Source: a phage
Strand: one strand, 5' to 3'
Length of the DNA stretch: 64,000 bases
Sequence record: NC_111505.1
Under the pieces are notes generated by a model, which saw only the letters and a program-made list of their open reading frames with translations, was not told where the DNA came from and did not search any database. Positions 48,807-58,993 of this stretch are shown here, in pieces; the first letter of the stretch is position 1, and each line of letters starts with the position of its first letter. Made by a program: the position numbers and the translations under genes.

Positions 48807-49243
48807 TAATACCTCCAGACATCAACAACGATAGAATCTTTCATATCGAACGTAAAGATCCCTTTATCACCTTTCGCCCAAATCTGGTTGTTCCAGAACA
48901 CACCAGCGGTGAGGCCGTTCAGACCTTCGAAAATAACAATATCACCACGCTGAACCTGTTTAGGAGTATCCAGTCGAGTCAAAAAGAGATCAAAAATAGT
49001 AGGCAGGTGTGTGGTTTTGAAACGGAGCATGCACCATCTCTTGCTTTCCAACTCTGTTTTATACGTTCCTTCAAAGTTAGAAAGAAAATCTGTTCCGTAT
49101 TGGGCATCAACACATTTAGCCGCAAAAGTGCAACAATCGTGGAATCCCCATTCAAACGGGGCGGTGGCTTCTTCGTCAAATACTTTCCACAATTTTTCTT
49201 GCCAGTCTACTAAACGAGGGTGTGTGCTCATTAAACCTCCCAA
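48806..49243 (-). CDS. putative tail tip protein, possible NlpC/P60-like peptidase
   Basis: 145 aa; GFHDCCTF Cys motif; directly upstream of the J-like gene. Confidence 0.3.
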   Translation of the reverse strand: MGGLMSTHPRLVDWQEKLWKVFDEEATAPFEWGFHDCCTFAAKCVDAQYGTDFLSNFEGTYKTELESKRWCMLRFKTTHLPTIFDLFLTRLDTPKQVQRGDIVIFEGLNGLTAGVFWNNQIWAKGDKGIFTFDMKDSIVVDVWRY

Positions 49244-49797
49244 ATGATCGGGCGGCTCGCCACCTGATCCACATATTTAAAAAATCTGTCATTATCGTTT
49301 CTTGAGCTATGGCTTTCCTCTGTGTATCGGTAAGGAAAACCTCTTAACCAGCTGTTGAAGATGGAAGAGATGGATATGGACAAAGCACTATTCTCCCCTG
49401 TCTGAATAGCCATGTCTGTTATAAGGCCGTCAAACAAGCCATTAGTTGTGACAGGTAAACCATTCTCCATAGCGGTGATATATAACGTGGCACGGCAACC
49501 AGAGTACTCCGTCTTCAGCAGATCGCCAACATATTTAGGATCAAACCCGTTCAATGTTGCTACCACAGATCCGAAGTTGGTGGCATCTTTCTCAGACACA
49601 GCAGTCAATGTTGCTGATCCACCTATCCCTATAAAATGTTGCCCCTCAATCACCACAACACCAGTTCCTGAGCACACCCTGACAGTCCCTGTTGGTAGCT
49701 CTAACTTTGCAGCAATTAAGATTTCAACACCATCAAGCTCTAACTTTTCAAGAAATAAATTATCTAATGGCGCTCTTATCATCTTAGAAATCCTCAA
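49231..49797 (-). CDS. putative tail tip/hub protein
   Basis: 188 aa; context upstream of the J-like gene. Confidence 0.3.
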   Translation of the reverse strand: MRISKMIRAPLDNLFLEKLELDGVEILIAAKLELPTGTVRVCSGTGVVVIEGQHFIGIGGSATLTAVSEKDATNFGSVVATLNGFDPKYVGDLLKTEYSGCRATLYITAMENGLPVTTNGLFDGLITDMAIQTGENSALSISISSIFNSWLRGFPYRYTEESHSSRNDNDRFFKYVDQVASRPIIWEV

Positions 49798-50374
49798 AGA
49801 AGTTGATAACTATATTGTCACCTTTCTGCATAGCATCAACCTTTTGCTTAATTTTATAAAGATCCCTGATATGAAATCTACCCTTCGGAGATTGAGTTAT
49901 TATCTTCATGGTATCCCCTGCGGCAATAGGTTTCCTAAGTCTTGGGGATATGTTTATAACAGCGGCCCCAACACCATCACTTCGTACTGATGCTGTCACC
50001 ACTTTCAACTCATCATTGACAGATATTTTATCCCCAGCCCTGGCTATATCCCTGTTGGGCTCCCAACCAACCGTCTTCAAAAAATCGTCGTTACCAGTCG
50101 GTCCGAGAGCGATTGGCTCGTTGGAGGTCACTGAATGCCCATAAGCCTTGATGAGAAAAATGTTTCCATCTTTGTAAACCTGATCAACAAAACTTTTAAG
50201 CTCCAACAACTGAGATTCACTGATATTGGAAACCGTCAAAGTACCTTTCCAGTTAGGTGTGGCATAGGTTACTTTTTGCGTCTTACCTGTAAACGGGCTT
50301 TTAAATGTAACGATGTCTGCCAGTAACTCCAATCTAATATCTGGGAGGTATCTAGGCCTTTCCCATAAAAACAT
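49784..50374 (-). CDS. putative distal tail protein
   Basis: 196 aa; context only. Confidence 0.3.
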   Translation of the reverse strand: MFLWERPRYLPDIRLELLADIVTFKSPFTGKTQKVTYATPNWKGTLTVSNISESQLLELKSFVDQVYKDGNIFLIKAYGHSVTSNEPIALGPTGNDDFLKTVGWEPNRDIARAGDKISVNDELKVVTASVRSDGVGAAVINISPRLRKPIAAGDTMKIITQSPKGRFHIRDLYKIKQKVDAMQKGDNIVINFFEDF

Positions 50375-50439
50375 TGTGCCTCCAGGTTAAACAAATATGA
50401 TAGTTATTTTACCAGATTTTAAGTTAATACGCAATACAA

Positions 50440-50466
50440 ACAAAAAGCCCCCGCCGAAGCGAGGGC
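50440..50466 (-). terminator. rho-independent terminator
   Basis: minus strand GCCCUCGC-UUCG-GCGGGGGC + UUUUUGUUUG after the long fibre gene. Confidence 0.5.
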
Positions 50467-50473
50467 AAAACAG

Positions 50474-53400
50474 TTACTTCAGTTTCTCTTGCAACTCAGT
50501 AACAACCTCCGTCAATTTTTTAACCTGCTCCTCAAGGGCGGTTATTTTATCATCCTGTTCCCTGCAAACCTGGACAAGCAAACCTGTTACAGCTGCGTAG
50601 TCAACGTTATAGAACCTTTCCTCGGTCATCAAAGGAATGCCGTCTTGAGTAGGACCTTCTATTTCCTTCCTTTTCACGAAAGACCCTACTGCCTCTGGCA
50701 ATGCTTCCATAACCTCTTGAGCAATCACGCCTGCATAAGGCATACCATTCTCTTTCAAGGTGTAGGTATAGCCATTCATCTTCCTGATAGCTTCCAGCGC
50801 GTCAGGTATGACCTCTATATTATCCTTCAGATCCCTATCAGAACTTTGACTAACAGTGGTACATACTACCGCACCGTTGACAGCAAAATATCTTGACTTG
50901 GCCTCATCTGCCTTGGCCCCACAGTGGAATACCCAGCTGCCGGTTGTTGAGTTATCACCTATCTGAAACTCCAGCACGTTCTTCCTATCTGCGCCATTGC
51001 CCCAATAGTACAACCTGCCTGTATTAGAAGGCATGTTGGAAGTGTTGGTAACATCCGCTCCACCACCTGTGTGTATTGTAAACTCTGGTTCAAGATTGGA
51101 GCCTTGAGTTTTTAAAGTGATACCCTTACCACCTAGCTGCTGCCAATGGCCCCATGTGAAAACACCACCTATCGTTGTTCCATAACGTAGGAATTTTTCT
51201 CCAAGGTACGATATATATTCCTGTACGCAACTTTCTGGAACGTTGGCGTAGTTCCTGTATACGATAAGCGTACCTGCCTGGGAACATGGGTAGTTTCTAT
51301 CAGGTGTGGCTTGAGCATTGGCCTCCTGATGATAAAAACCCTCCCTATCTCCTTTGTAGTCGTTAAGGTCATTAGTTCCCAACCCTTGACCACGGTGCTG
51401 AATAACTTTGTTCCACGCTCTGTGGTTACCCTGCTCTATGGAACGGGTGTACAGCTGATCTAAACGACCTGCCATCTGGAAAGCATAGTTTCCAGAAAAC
51501 GCCACAGACAACCCGCCAACAACCATTGAACCTTCAGGCCCGTTGACGTTGCCAGCCAGTATTTTGGACGGATTATTATTTCCGAACTGGTTGTTCCAGT
51601 CTGCACCTGTGTGGCATACAAAACCACCAGGGGCCGAGAAAGTACCGTCTTTGTTGAAATTGTAGAATCTGTGAGCGGAACCTACAACATCACGAACAAT
51701 AACTTGACCAGCTTCTGGAGTAGACCTGAACTCTGCTTGACCTTGGAGGCCAGCACCATTACCACATTTAGAGGTAAACGTACCGTTAGTAAGATCATCT
51801 GTCCCATCTGATGCACACTGGAATCCTGCATTAGAGAATAACGCCTTTCTAGGACTGCCGTAGCACAAATAGTCAATACCGTCAGCCCATAGTTCGACTT
51901 TAGGCATGTTCATTTTGCTCATCACCGCATAGCGTTCAGCAGTGCCTATATAGTGCCACTGTGTGCCGCCGCCAGTGTAGAACCCAGAGGTACCTTTGAA
52001 GTCAACAATAGGTCTGGTGTTGGTATTGTTATCTCCAAGAACAGCCAGATTTAAATCTGCTGACTGGAGAGGTGCAACGAACTTAACACCGTCCTGATTG
52101 TTTGTTACAGAGCCGACTTGATAATCTTGCTCTCTGGTAAACACTTCGACAACATTTCTACTTGCGTATATGCTGACAGGGAAAGCACGAGCCTCCGCAT
52201 AGAAAGCAACATACTCTTGTTTACCCCTTGTTGGAGCAACCATCCCAAGAAGTGCTTTTTCATTTTGATAGAAATTCACTACCCCGTAGAAAGAGTCTCC
52301 TCTATCTGTCCAACCACCAGTCCTATAGTGGCACTGTAAGGTGGCGCAGTTCATAGGGTCACCACCGGATGACGATCTGGTGACTAGGGTAATATCAGTG
52401 CCAGTTGCTGGAGCATAGTACGGATCTGTTCTAACGATGATTGGGTAATATTTCCCATCTTCCATACCTGCAGTTCTTGGCAGTGTTAAGAAATCTTTGA
52501 CACCCGCAGCTATAGGAACTTTGAACAGATTCTGAGCATCTGCCAGGGTTGTAGCCCCAGTACCACCCGCTGCCTGAGGTAAAGGTTCCCACTTGGCCTT
52601 CCGGTTGTTATAAACACCCCATTCCAGAGTACCATTACCGGATTCATCCATACCGCCATCCCAGACGACCATCTTAGCGGCTTTCTTGGAACCCCAGAAC
52701 CCTCTTTCTGCCCCTGAACTACGAATCCATTCCCCAAGTCCCCAGTTTGTCAGCTGACCAGTGAGATCCCCGACCTGCATGTACTTAGGACAATCTAATA
52801 CACCATCTTCACGGAATCCTAAATACCGATGAGTTTCAGATCCTTTTGCGCCTTTGTGCAGGTGGACTGTTAACCAAGTCTTATTGTCGTTTCTTACCTC
52901 GGAGTAGATCCTATAACCATGCTCAAGAACACCATCAGCGTCATATTTATCTCCATGGAGAATACCTGAAGCATTTTTAACATCTCCTGAGTATTGAGCT
53001 AAGTAAAGGTGCCCGAAAGCAGGGGAGTTGTTTTTACCAAGGCCGATATGAGATCTGAAGGTGTCATCATTACGAGGTCTGACCATCGGCTGCCATGCAG
53101 TCCACTGGTTTGTGTTGGCCTGATAGGTTCTCAAATACCAAACATCCACGTTAGAGAATGGATAGTATTCCTGACGACAACCTGTACCACCGTTAGCATT
53201 GTTCTGCCAAACAATCAAGTGACCAGCACCAGAACCTGCAGGATAACCATTTGCCTCAGTTGCATTAGCAGTCATCGGCTGATAGTATATGCCGTCCTGA
53301 TTACCAGTCAAGTTATTGATATTGAAATTTGCCTCAAGGGCTGCACGTTGCTTATAGAAAGCACCGATATTGATACGGACTCCAGCGGCATCTCTGGCAC

Positions 53401-54274
53401 CTGTACCACCTTGCTCTATAGCAAGAGGTTGCCACGAGGCTGTTTGCTGGTTCCACATACCCCAACGGCCTGCTGCATCAAGCTGCAAGTACCCTGCCGT
53501 GTTTAAATCATCTCCAGCACGGATAACTGTTCTTGTTGGGTTGTTTGCCTCCAGGCGTTTAAATTCATCACGAAGTGCTATTCTTTTTGTTGTTGCTACA
53601 CCGTTGGTTACTGCAATGGTATACATGGCTCCTGAGGTAGCGCCACGGAAAATACCATCAACAGTTGTAGTATCACGACGAGATACCACACCGTTCAGAA
53701 ATTTTTCACCAGCTGCTTCAGAAGGGTAGTTAGTGGTTCTTCCCTCTTCAATAACTGCAGGGCCAACAAAGTTGACAAGGTGAATGACATCGCCTACAGT
53801 ATGCACAGTACCAAAATCTACCCGCTGTGCAAGCGCTTTAGCATCGTTGGCTGTCTGAACCGTAACATCCATTACATCCTGGACAGACTGCCCTTCAGCT
53901 GTCATGATCATAGATGCGCCAATGGTAGACTCCAGCTCCTCCCTTAAGGACGGGTCTGTATATACCATCCATGCAGCATCGGTAATCCCACCATCAGCGT
54001 ACGGTGAAGACAGTGCAGGAACAGTGTGCGGAAATTCGCCTTTCCAACGCAGGTAGAGGTCTTCCTCTTCGAAGTAGGCAAAATCCATTGGGCCGTTTAA
54101 CTTACCACCTTCCTTAAAGGAGATTACATGAGAAACAGTCCCATCCACATGGACAACATCGCCAATTTTTACACGACGGGTCAGGTCTGGTTGTTGAACA
54201 ACCAGGTAATCATCCTCTGTCACTGCGGTAGTGGCAGGAAGAGATTCAATTCTGACAACTTTAATATCAGCCAT
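50474..54274 (-). CDS. long tail fibre with C-terminal intramolecular chaperone (peptidase S74-like) domain
   Basis: 1266 aa; C-terminal SDRDLKDNIEVIPDALEAIRKMNGYTYTL... matches the endosialidase/T5 pb1-type autoproteolytic chaperone; N-terminus shares an anchor module with 56909..57577. Confidence 0.75.
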   Translation of the reverse strand: MADIKVVRIESLPATTAVTEDDYLVVQQPDLTRRVKIGDVVHVDGTVSHVISFKEGGKLNGPMDFAYFEEEDLYLRWKGEFPHTVPALSSPYADGGITDAAWMVYTDPSLREELESTIGASMIMTAEGQSVQDVMDVTVQTANDAKALAQRVDFGTVHTVGDVIHLVNFVGPAVIEEGRTTNYPSEAAGEKFLNGVVSRRDTTTVDGIFRGATSGAMYTIAVTNGVATTKRIALRDEFKRLEANNPTRTVIRAGDDLNTAGYLQLDAAGRWGMWNQQTASWQPLAIEQGGTGARDAAGVRINIGAFYKQRAALEANFNINNLTGNQDGIYYQPMTANATEANGYPAGSGAGHLIVWQNNANGGTGCRQEYYPFSNVDVWYLRTYQANTNQWTAWQPMVRPRNDDTFRSHIGLGKNNSPAFGHLYLAQYSGDVKNASGILHGDKYDADGVLEHGYRIYSEVRNDNKTWLTVHLHKGAKGSETHRYLGFREDGVLDCPKYMQVGDLTGQLTNWGLGEWIRSSGAERGFWGSKKAAKMVVWDGGMDESGNGTLEWGVYNNRKAKWEPLPQAAGGTGATTLADAQNLFKVPIAAGVKDFLTLPRTAGMEDGKYYPIIVRTDPYYAPATGTDITLVTRSSSGGDPMNCATLQCHYRTGGWTDRGDSFYGVVNFYQNEKALLGMVAPTRGKQEYVAFYAEARAFPVSIYASRNVVEVFTREQDYQVGSVTNNQDGVKFVAPLQSADLNLAVLGDNNTNTRPIVDFKGTSGFYTGGGTQWHYIGTAERYAVMSKMNMPKVELWADGIDYLCYGSPRKALFSNAGFQCASDGTDDLTNGTFTSKCGNGAGLQGQAEFRSTPEAGQVIVRDVVGSAHRFYNFNKDGTFSAPGGFVCHTGADWNNQFGNNNPSKILAGNVNGPEGSMVVGGLSVAFSGNYAFQMAGRLDQLYTRSIEQGNHRAWNKVIQHRGQGLGTNDLNDYKGDREGFYHQEANAQATPDRNYPCSQAGTLIVYRNYANVPESCVQEYISYLGEKFLRYGTTIGGVFTWGHWQQLGGKGITLKTQGSNLEPEFTIHTGGGADVTNTSNMPSNTGRLYYWGNGADRKNVLEFQIGDNSTTGSWVFHCGAKADEAKSRYFAVNGAVVCTTVSQSSDRDLKDNIEVIPDALEAIRKMNGYTYTLKENGMPYAGVIAQEVMEALPEAVGSFVKRKEIEGPTQDGIPLMTEERFYNVDYAAVTGLLVQVCREQDDKITALEEQVKKLTEVVTELQEKLK

Positions 54275-54287
54275 TCTTTCTCCTGAA

Positions 54288-54307
54288 AGGGGGCAAACAG
54301 CCCCCTA
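54288..54307 (-). promoter_or_regulatory. hairpin immediately upstream of the fibre gene RBS
   Basis: AGGGGGC-AAACA-GCCCCCU, then UUUCAGGAGA and ATG 54274. Confidence 0.3.
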
Positions 54308-54309
54308 TG

Positions 54310-56907
54310 TTAAAGGTACAATCCACGGTATTGAGCATAAAGTCCCAGACCGCGAAGGATTTCGCCAGAGTGATAGCCTACCGGATCAGAAACTGCCCAG
54401 CAGCCGTTTAAAACATTATCCCCGTTAATGAAGTGGTGCTTTTGTAGTAACTTCACACAGGCTTCTACAACAATATCTATTTGAGGTATTGTCTCTGAAT
54501 ACCCGCAAAGACCTAGCCAGCAGCAACCTGCAAGCCATTCACCTACCACCCACATCCTGTCCCCTCTGTCTTGATAAGAATATCCACCAGAGGTGTTAAA
54601 GTCTGTAGGGAGATTTCCGGAATGAGATGACTGGAATCTGTTGAGGAACCATGCCCATTTCTGGCAGAACAGGAACAGTCTCTCATCAACAGGTTCTTTA
54701 TGTTTCTTAAGCTCATACAGTGTGCGGCACGCAGCAACAAAGGCTCTTGATTGGAGTTTAGAGTTATCTACCATCTCCCACCAACCAGTCAACCCCTCAT
54801 TACCCCTCTGCCATACGTAGCGGGATGCAACTGGTCCTTCTGTTCTAAATGTGTTATTATACCAAACTTGGGAGTCGTACATAAATCCAATTGTATTTGC
54901 CAATCTTTGACGATCTATGTTTTCCGCACCCATACAGTAGACTACCGGATATTGCATGCCGGGATAGGGCCAATTTGGCCTTTCCTCTAGAAGATAATTC
55001 TCCTTATCTATCACCTTTCCGGCAGGGAACACACCCGGAGTGTGTCTGTATGCGCCTTGCTTGTAGTTTCTGACATAGCAATCACCAACCTTGGCTGTTG
55101 ATTCTGTCTTGCTTGCCATCCATACACTAAACCAGATCATATAAGCATCTCTGTCTGCAACATAAAATTGCGGCAGCGTGTTGACGCAATACAGATCGAA
55201 CAAGCCATTGCCTATCTGCCTGTCGCTCAGGCTGAAATCTACAGAGGTAATTCCTTTAGGGTTAGCAAAGAAAGGTTTAATCTCATCTTCTGTGTGATGA
55301 GGTTGTGTCGGGTCTAGTTTAAAATCCCCTAGGGTAAGAGTTTCTGTTATCCATTGTCCGTTAGTGGCATATAGATCAGCATACCATAACCAACGGTCTT
55401 TGTCAAGAAATTTGACCCTTACCATCTCATCATCTGATCGATAAGTTACTGAGTTTAAAGAGATCTCTCTTCCAAAATTGAAAGTTACCTTGCCTCTTGC
55501 TATGTTGCAACGGGTGAAGTTGTCGGAGTGGTTATAAATGTCGGTATCATACTGCATACTAACACTAGCGCCACCGCTTACGACAATGTTTTCCTCTTTT
55601 GGTAAGAGATACGGGTTACCATCTTTACCAACCACCTCTACGAAATCGGTAACCTTGGCAACTGTCTCTGTTACCTCTGCCCCTCCAAAAGGGACACCTA
55701 TCCTATACTGTTTTTTGTTATTGTTGCCATCATTAAGAATGAAGTGTGGCTGGAACAGAACCCCTTCTCCTCCGAAATTCATAACAATTTCAGCATCTCT
55801 GCCTATCTTGTATGTAGTCCCTTTTTGGATTATTTCGCAAGGTTGGCGTGCGTTCATTCTAAAATTGATATACCCGTCACTGTCCCTGCTCATGACAGGA
55901 ACTGTTCCTGCAACAAGACAAGTACCATCTGTAAACGGTGCCTTAATCAACGTGGTCTTTCTAAACAGTTTGTCGTAGGCATTTATATCACTGAAATTAA
56001 GCAGCTTGTTGTAAGACTGCTTAAACGCAGTGTAATACTTTTCCTCACCTGTCAAGGTGTAGAGTTGATAACAAGCGTCACACCACATTTCTTCCCCGTC
56101 CAACTCTGGGGCTTGATTGTCTGCAACCACATTTATAGGATTTACAATTACAGGGGATCCAGCAGGTATCACCGATCCACCCTGCTCTTGTGGCAATCTC
56201 ACACAGTAGGTTACCTTGTGACTTCCTGTAACACCCTTATCTTGTAATTGGATTGTGCCGAACTCTACAGACGTATGACCACTGTCGGCTATACTACCGT
56301 TAGCCCAATAGCGGTTACCATCCCATGCTATATACCACTCAACCCACCAACTTAATCCGGATGTTGTCCAATCTGGGTTAGCATCTGTGCCACCGTAAAC
56401 ATCGGAGTCTACAGTGTTTCTTCCTAACACACCGTTATACGCTTGGAATGCCTTGTCCAGGTATTCACCCCATGTTGGAGATCCTGCTGGAATTTTTCCT
56501 CTACCATTGGTAAAAGACACCACCACATCTTTAAACCCACCGTGTGATGGAACCCCATCTGTGGATAGAGGGTAGTGGGACAATCTTTGCATTTTACTTT
56601 CTACTGCATATGCACCCAGAAGATGACTATTGTAAGCTTCCCAAGCATCTTTTGCCCTATCCAGATAGAAATCGCTTTTCGATGCCCTATATGCTTCAAT
56701 GTATCCCAGAATCAACACAGCTTGGGACTCATGCATTGCCCAATCATTATTTATCTTATTACCTGCCCACCCTGCAGCTATAAGACCATCAGGGTTTACT
56801 AGCTTATTTTGTGTAGGGGTGTTGGTAATACCTGTGTTGTTATCGAGGCACTTCCTGTGCCCCTCAATCATCTGAAATACGTTATCAATGTTGTGTTGAA
56901 TACGCAT
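54310..56907 (-). CDS. tailspike-like protein, probable enzymatic (depolymerase-type) domain, lacking its own anchor
   Basis: 865 aa, W/Y/G-rich; start overlaps the stop of the 222-aa anchor-module gene. Confidence 0.45.
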   Translation of the reverse strand: MRIQHNIDNVFQMIEGHRKCLDNNTGITNTPTQNKLVNPDGLIAAGWAGNKINNDWAMHESQAVLILGYIEAYRASKSDFYLDRAKDAWEAYNSHLLGAYAVESKMQRLSHYPLSTDGVPSHGGFKDVVVSFTNGRGKIPAGSPTWGEYLDKAFQAYNGVLGRNTVDSDVYGGTDANPDWTTSGLSWWVEWYIAWDGNRYWANGSIADSGHTSVEFGTIQLQDKGVTGSHKVTYCVRLPQEQGGSVIPAGSPVIVNPINVVADNQAPELDGEEMWCDACYQLYTLTGEEKYYTAFKQSYNKLLNFSDINAYDKLFRKTTLIKAPFTDGTCLVAGTVPVMSRDSDGYINFRMNARQPCEIIQKGTTYKIGRDAEIVMNFGGEGVLFQPHFILNDGNNNKKQYRIGVPFGGAEVTETVAKVTDFVEVVGKDGNPYLLPKEENIVVSGGASVSMQYDTDIYNHSDNFTRCNIARGKVTFNFGREISLNSVTYRSDDEMVRVKFLDKDRWLWYADLYATNGQWITETLTLGDFKLDPTQPHHTEDEIKPFFANPKGITSVDFSLSDRQIGNGLFDLYCVNTLPQFYVADRDAYMIWFSVWMASKTESTAKVGDCYVRNYKQGAYRHTPGVFPAGKVIDKENYLLEERPNWPYPGMQYPVVYCMGAENIDRQRLANTIGFMYDSQVWYNNTFRTEGPVASRYVWQRGNEGLTGWWEMVDNSKLQSRAFVAACRTLYELKKHKEPVDERLFLFCQKWAWFLNRFQSSHSGNLPTDFNTSGGYSYQDRGDRMWVVGEWLAGCCWLGLCGYSETIPQIDIVVEACVKLLQKHHFINGDNVLNGCWAVSDPVGYHSGEILRGLGLYAQYRGLYL

Positions 56908-56908
56908 C

Positions 56909-57577
56909 TTAGATAGCTCCTGCGATAATCAGTGCCCCGTACCAAGTTAGCCCGTTGTCGTAGGTTTCCAACTTGAAAATGTCTGTTGCACCAGCTGTAA
57001 ATGTTAGGATAGGATCTCTTCCGTAGGACCATTTAACATTACCAGGCCAATAGACTTTGTTGCCGCCAGAGGTCTGAGTAATGCATACGGTTATGGTTCT
57101 CGCCACCCCTTCAAGACCTTCTGTTTGATTTTCAAAAGAGATTGTGGTATTTGAAGTTAGTCGAACCTTAAAGGTATCCGCAACTTCAAGATCCATATCA
57201 AGCTGACCACCGATAGATCCGTAATCAACTATTCTGCCAGAAGAAGTTGCAGCAAGCTCACCAAAAACAGACCAGGCATTTGCAGACACACCCCCAGCAC
57301 CCTCTACAGTGGAGTCTGGGAGGATTATTTTAGGATAATCCCCGTTCCACGTGTAGTAGCGCTTAGTTTCTGGATCATAAGCAAAGTCCTTCTTGCTCTT
57401 AAGATAACCACCCTCTGTGAAATAGACTATCTTAGTAATGCTAAGATCGTTGACAACATCGTCAATCTTAGCCTTTCTTGTCCCATCAGTCTGGTTGACA
57501 ACCAAGAAGTCATCACTCAGGACTGTTTCTGCATCTTCAAGATCTGGAATTGGTATTGTAGGATAAGCTACAGCCAT
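56909..57577 (-). CDS. tail fibre/tailspike N-terminal anchor-module protein
   Basis: 222 aa; DDFLVVNQTDGTRKAKIDDVV...FTEGGYLKSKKDFAYD parallels the N-terminus of the 1266-aa fibre. Confidence 0.5.
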   Translation of the reverse strand: MAVAYPTIPIPDLEDAETVLSDDFLVVNQTDGTRKAKIDDVVNDLSITKIVYFTEGGYLKSKKDFAYDPETKRYYTWNGDYPKIILPDSTVEGAGGVSANAWSVFGELAATSSGRIVDYGSIGGQLDMDLEVADTFKVRLTSNTTISFENQTEGLEGVARTITVCITQTSGGNKVYWPGNVKWSYGRDPILTFTAGATDIFKLETYDNGLTWYGALIIAGAI

Positions 57578-57586
57578 GATTTCTCC

Positions 57587-58303
57587 TTAGTTAACATCAA
57601 TAGCACGACCAGACTGGTTGGCAATAGCCTCATCATTGGAGGTAGCAATAACACCAGAGTATTCGCGCTCATCTGGAGCAAGCGTCCAGGTATTGCGGTT
57701 AATGGTTTGTTCTGCCTCAGTCATCAGCAGATCTTTATCCTGAGTCAACAGAGAGCCTACAGGGATCGGGTTTTCCATCTCAGGACCAGCATACTGGTTC
57801 CACCATGTGGCATCTCCGGTTCTAGGCAATCTGAAGTTGATCAGATAGTACAGTTTATTAGCCCACTTAATCCAACCCTCATCATCACAAAGAGAGGTTG
57901 TCCCAGAATCAGGCTGTGGGTAGGTGAGCTGATCAAGACCTACGAAGGCCAGCCTTACAATCTCGTTCTCTTTGGTAACAACCTCAAAGAACGCTTGGTA
58001 TGTTCTCGATCTTCGATCCATGGTAGACTGGAAGTTTATGATGTTTAGCACATCCGGCTCTTGTCTTGCCACTTCCATAATCTTGTTATCAAGAACAGTC
58101 TTCATGACCTTCTTACTGAGAAAGTCCATATAAGGGAAGCCAAACAGCTCGTCAAAGTACCAGCTCCCCTTCCACGTATTAAACCTCATCCACAAGCGCT
58201 GGCGCAGACTTACCTGGTTTGAATCTATCAACTCAAGACCTTTGTCTATCGCCAAATCTCCTGTTTGTGGGTCCATCAATATATCACTATAAAGCGTAGC
58301 CAT
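57587..58303 (-). CDS. putative baseplate protein
   Basis: 238 aa; context. Confidence 0.35.
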   Translation of the reverse strand: MATLYSDILMDPQTGDLAIDKGLELIDSNQVSLRQRLWMRFNTWKGSWYFDELFGFPYMDFLSKKVMKTVLDNKIMEVARQEPDVLNIINFQSTMDRRSRTYQAFFEVVTKENEIVRLAFVGLDQLTYPQPDSGTTSLCDDEGWIKWANKLYYLINFRLPRTGDATWWNQYAGPEMENPIPVGSLLTQDKDLLMTEAEQTINRNTWTLAPDEREYSGVIATSNDEAIANQSGRAIDVN

Positions 58304-58315
58304 GAAAGCCCTCTA

Positions 58316-58993
58316 TTAGTGCGGTCCACTTGTCTCGCCATCAGGGCAAGAGTGGGTATGACCTTTATATTCTGCATAGAATGAATCCAAATCCACACCA
58401 GCAGCAGTTATAATTCTACCAGATGGGTCTATTGTGGCACCATTCATTCTGATATTTCCATCCACAGCAGCTCGCAAATTGGCAGCCCCGTTAGTGAAAG
58501 AAAACTCCCCACTGCTGTCGCACCGTAATGTCCCACCCGGTGTTTGAAGCTCAAAATCGCCAGAAGGTGTCAGTTTAAAATAAACCCTATCATTCCATAA
58601 CTCTACGTTATCAGGATCAATTTGTAAAGCGTTCGAGTCTGAATGAACAGAGGTGATTGCCCACCCTGGAAACAGGCCGTGAGTTTGTTGATCGTCGTTA
58701 TTGTTTTCATTCCTCTCTGAAAACTGCAATCCTACAACATCTCCGGCCTTAATAGGGAGTGTTAACCTTGCCTTTCCGCTGTTTGCAGACATCACCTGAA
58801 TCGGAACGTCATAGATAAGAGGGTATCTCTCCACATCTCCGTCATCAAACGTGGTTTCAGCTATTGGCTGCACGGCTGCAGAAGGTATACTGTAGTCAAC
58901 ACTGACAACTCTGGCCCTGATACTGGTGTGGTAGTCCCTCATTATTTTTTCTATAAAGGATCTTACAGCAGCATCTTTCCTATTTATTGCCAT
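58316..58993 (-). CDS. putative baseplate central spike (gpV/gp5-like)
   Basis: 225 aa; C-terminal HTHSCPDGETSGPH apex-like His motif. Confidence 0.4.
   Translation of the reverse strand: MAINRKDAAVRSFIEKIMRDYHTSIRARVVSVDYSIPSAAVQPIAETTFDDGDVERYPLIYDVPIQVMSANSGKARLTLPIKAGDVVGLQFSERNENNNDDQQTHGLFPGWAITSVHSDSNALQIDPDNVELWNDRVYFKLTPSGDFELQTPGGTLRCDSSGEFSFTNGAANLRAAVDGNIRMNGATIDPSGRIITAAGVDLDSFYAEYKGHTHSCPDGETSGPH

Noticed and set aside
45105-54428. Plus-strand ORFs within the J-like and fibre genes (for example 46467..46994, 49412..49990, 53009..53506)
   Set aside because: Antisense shadow ORFs inside long minus-strand genes; no independent support
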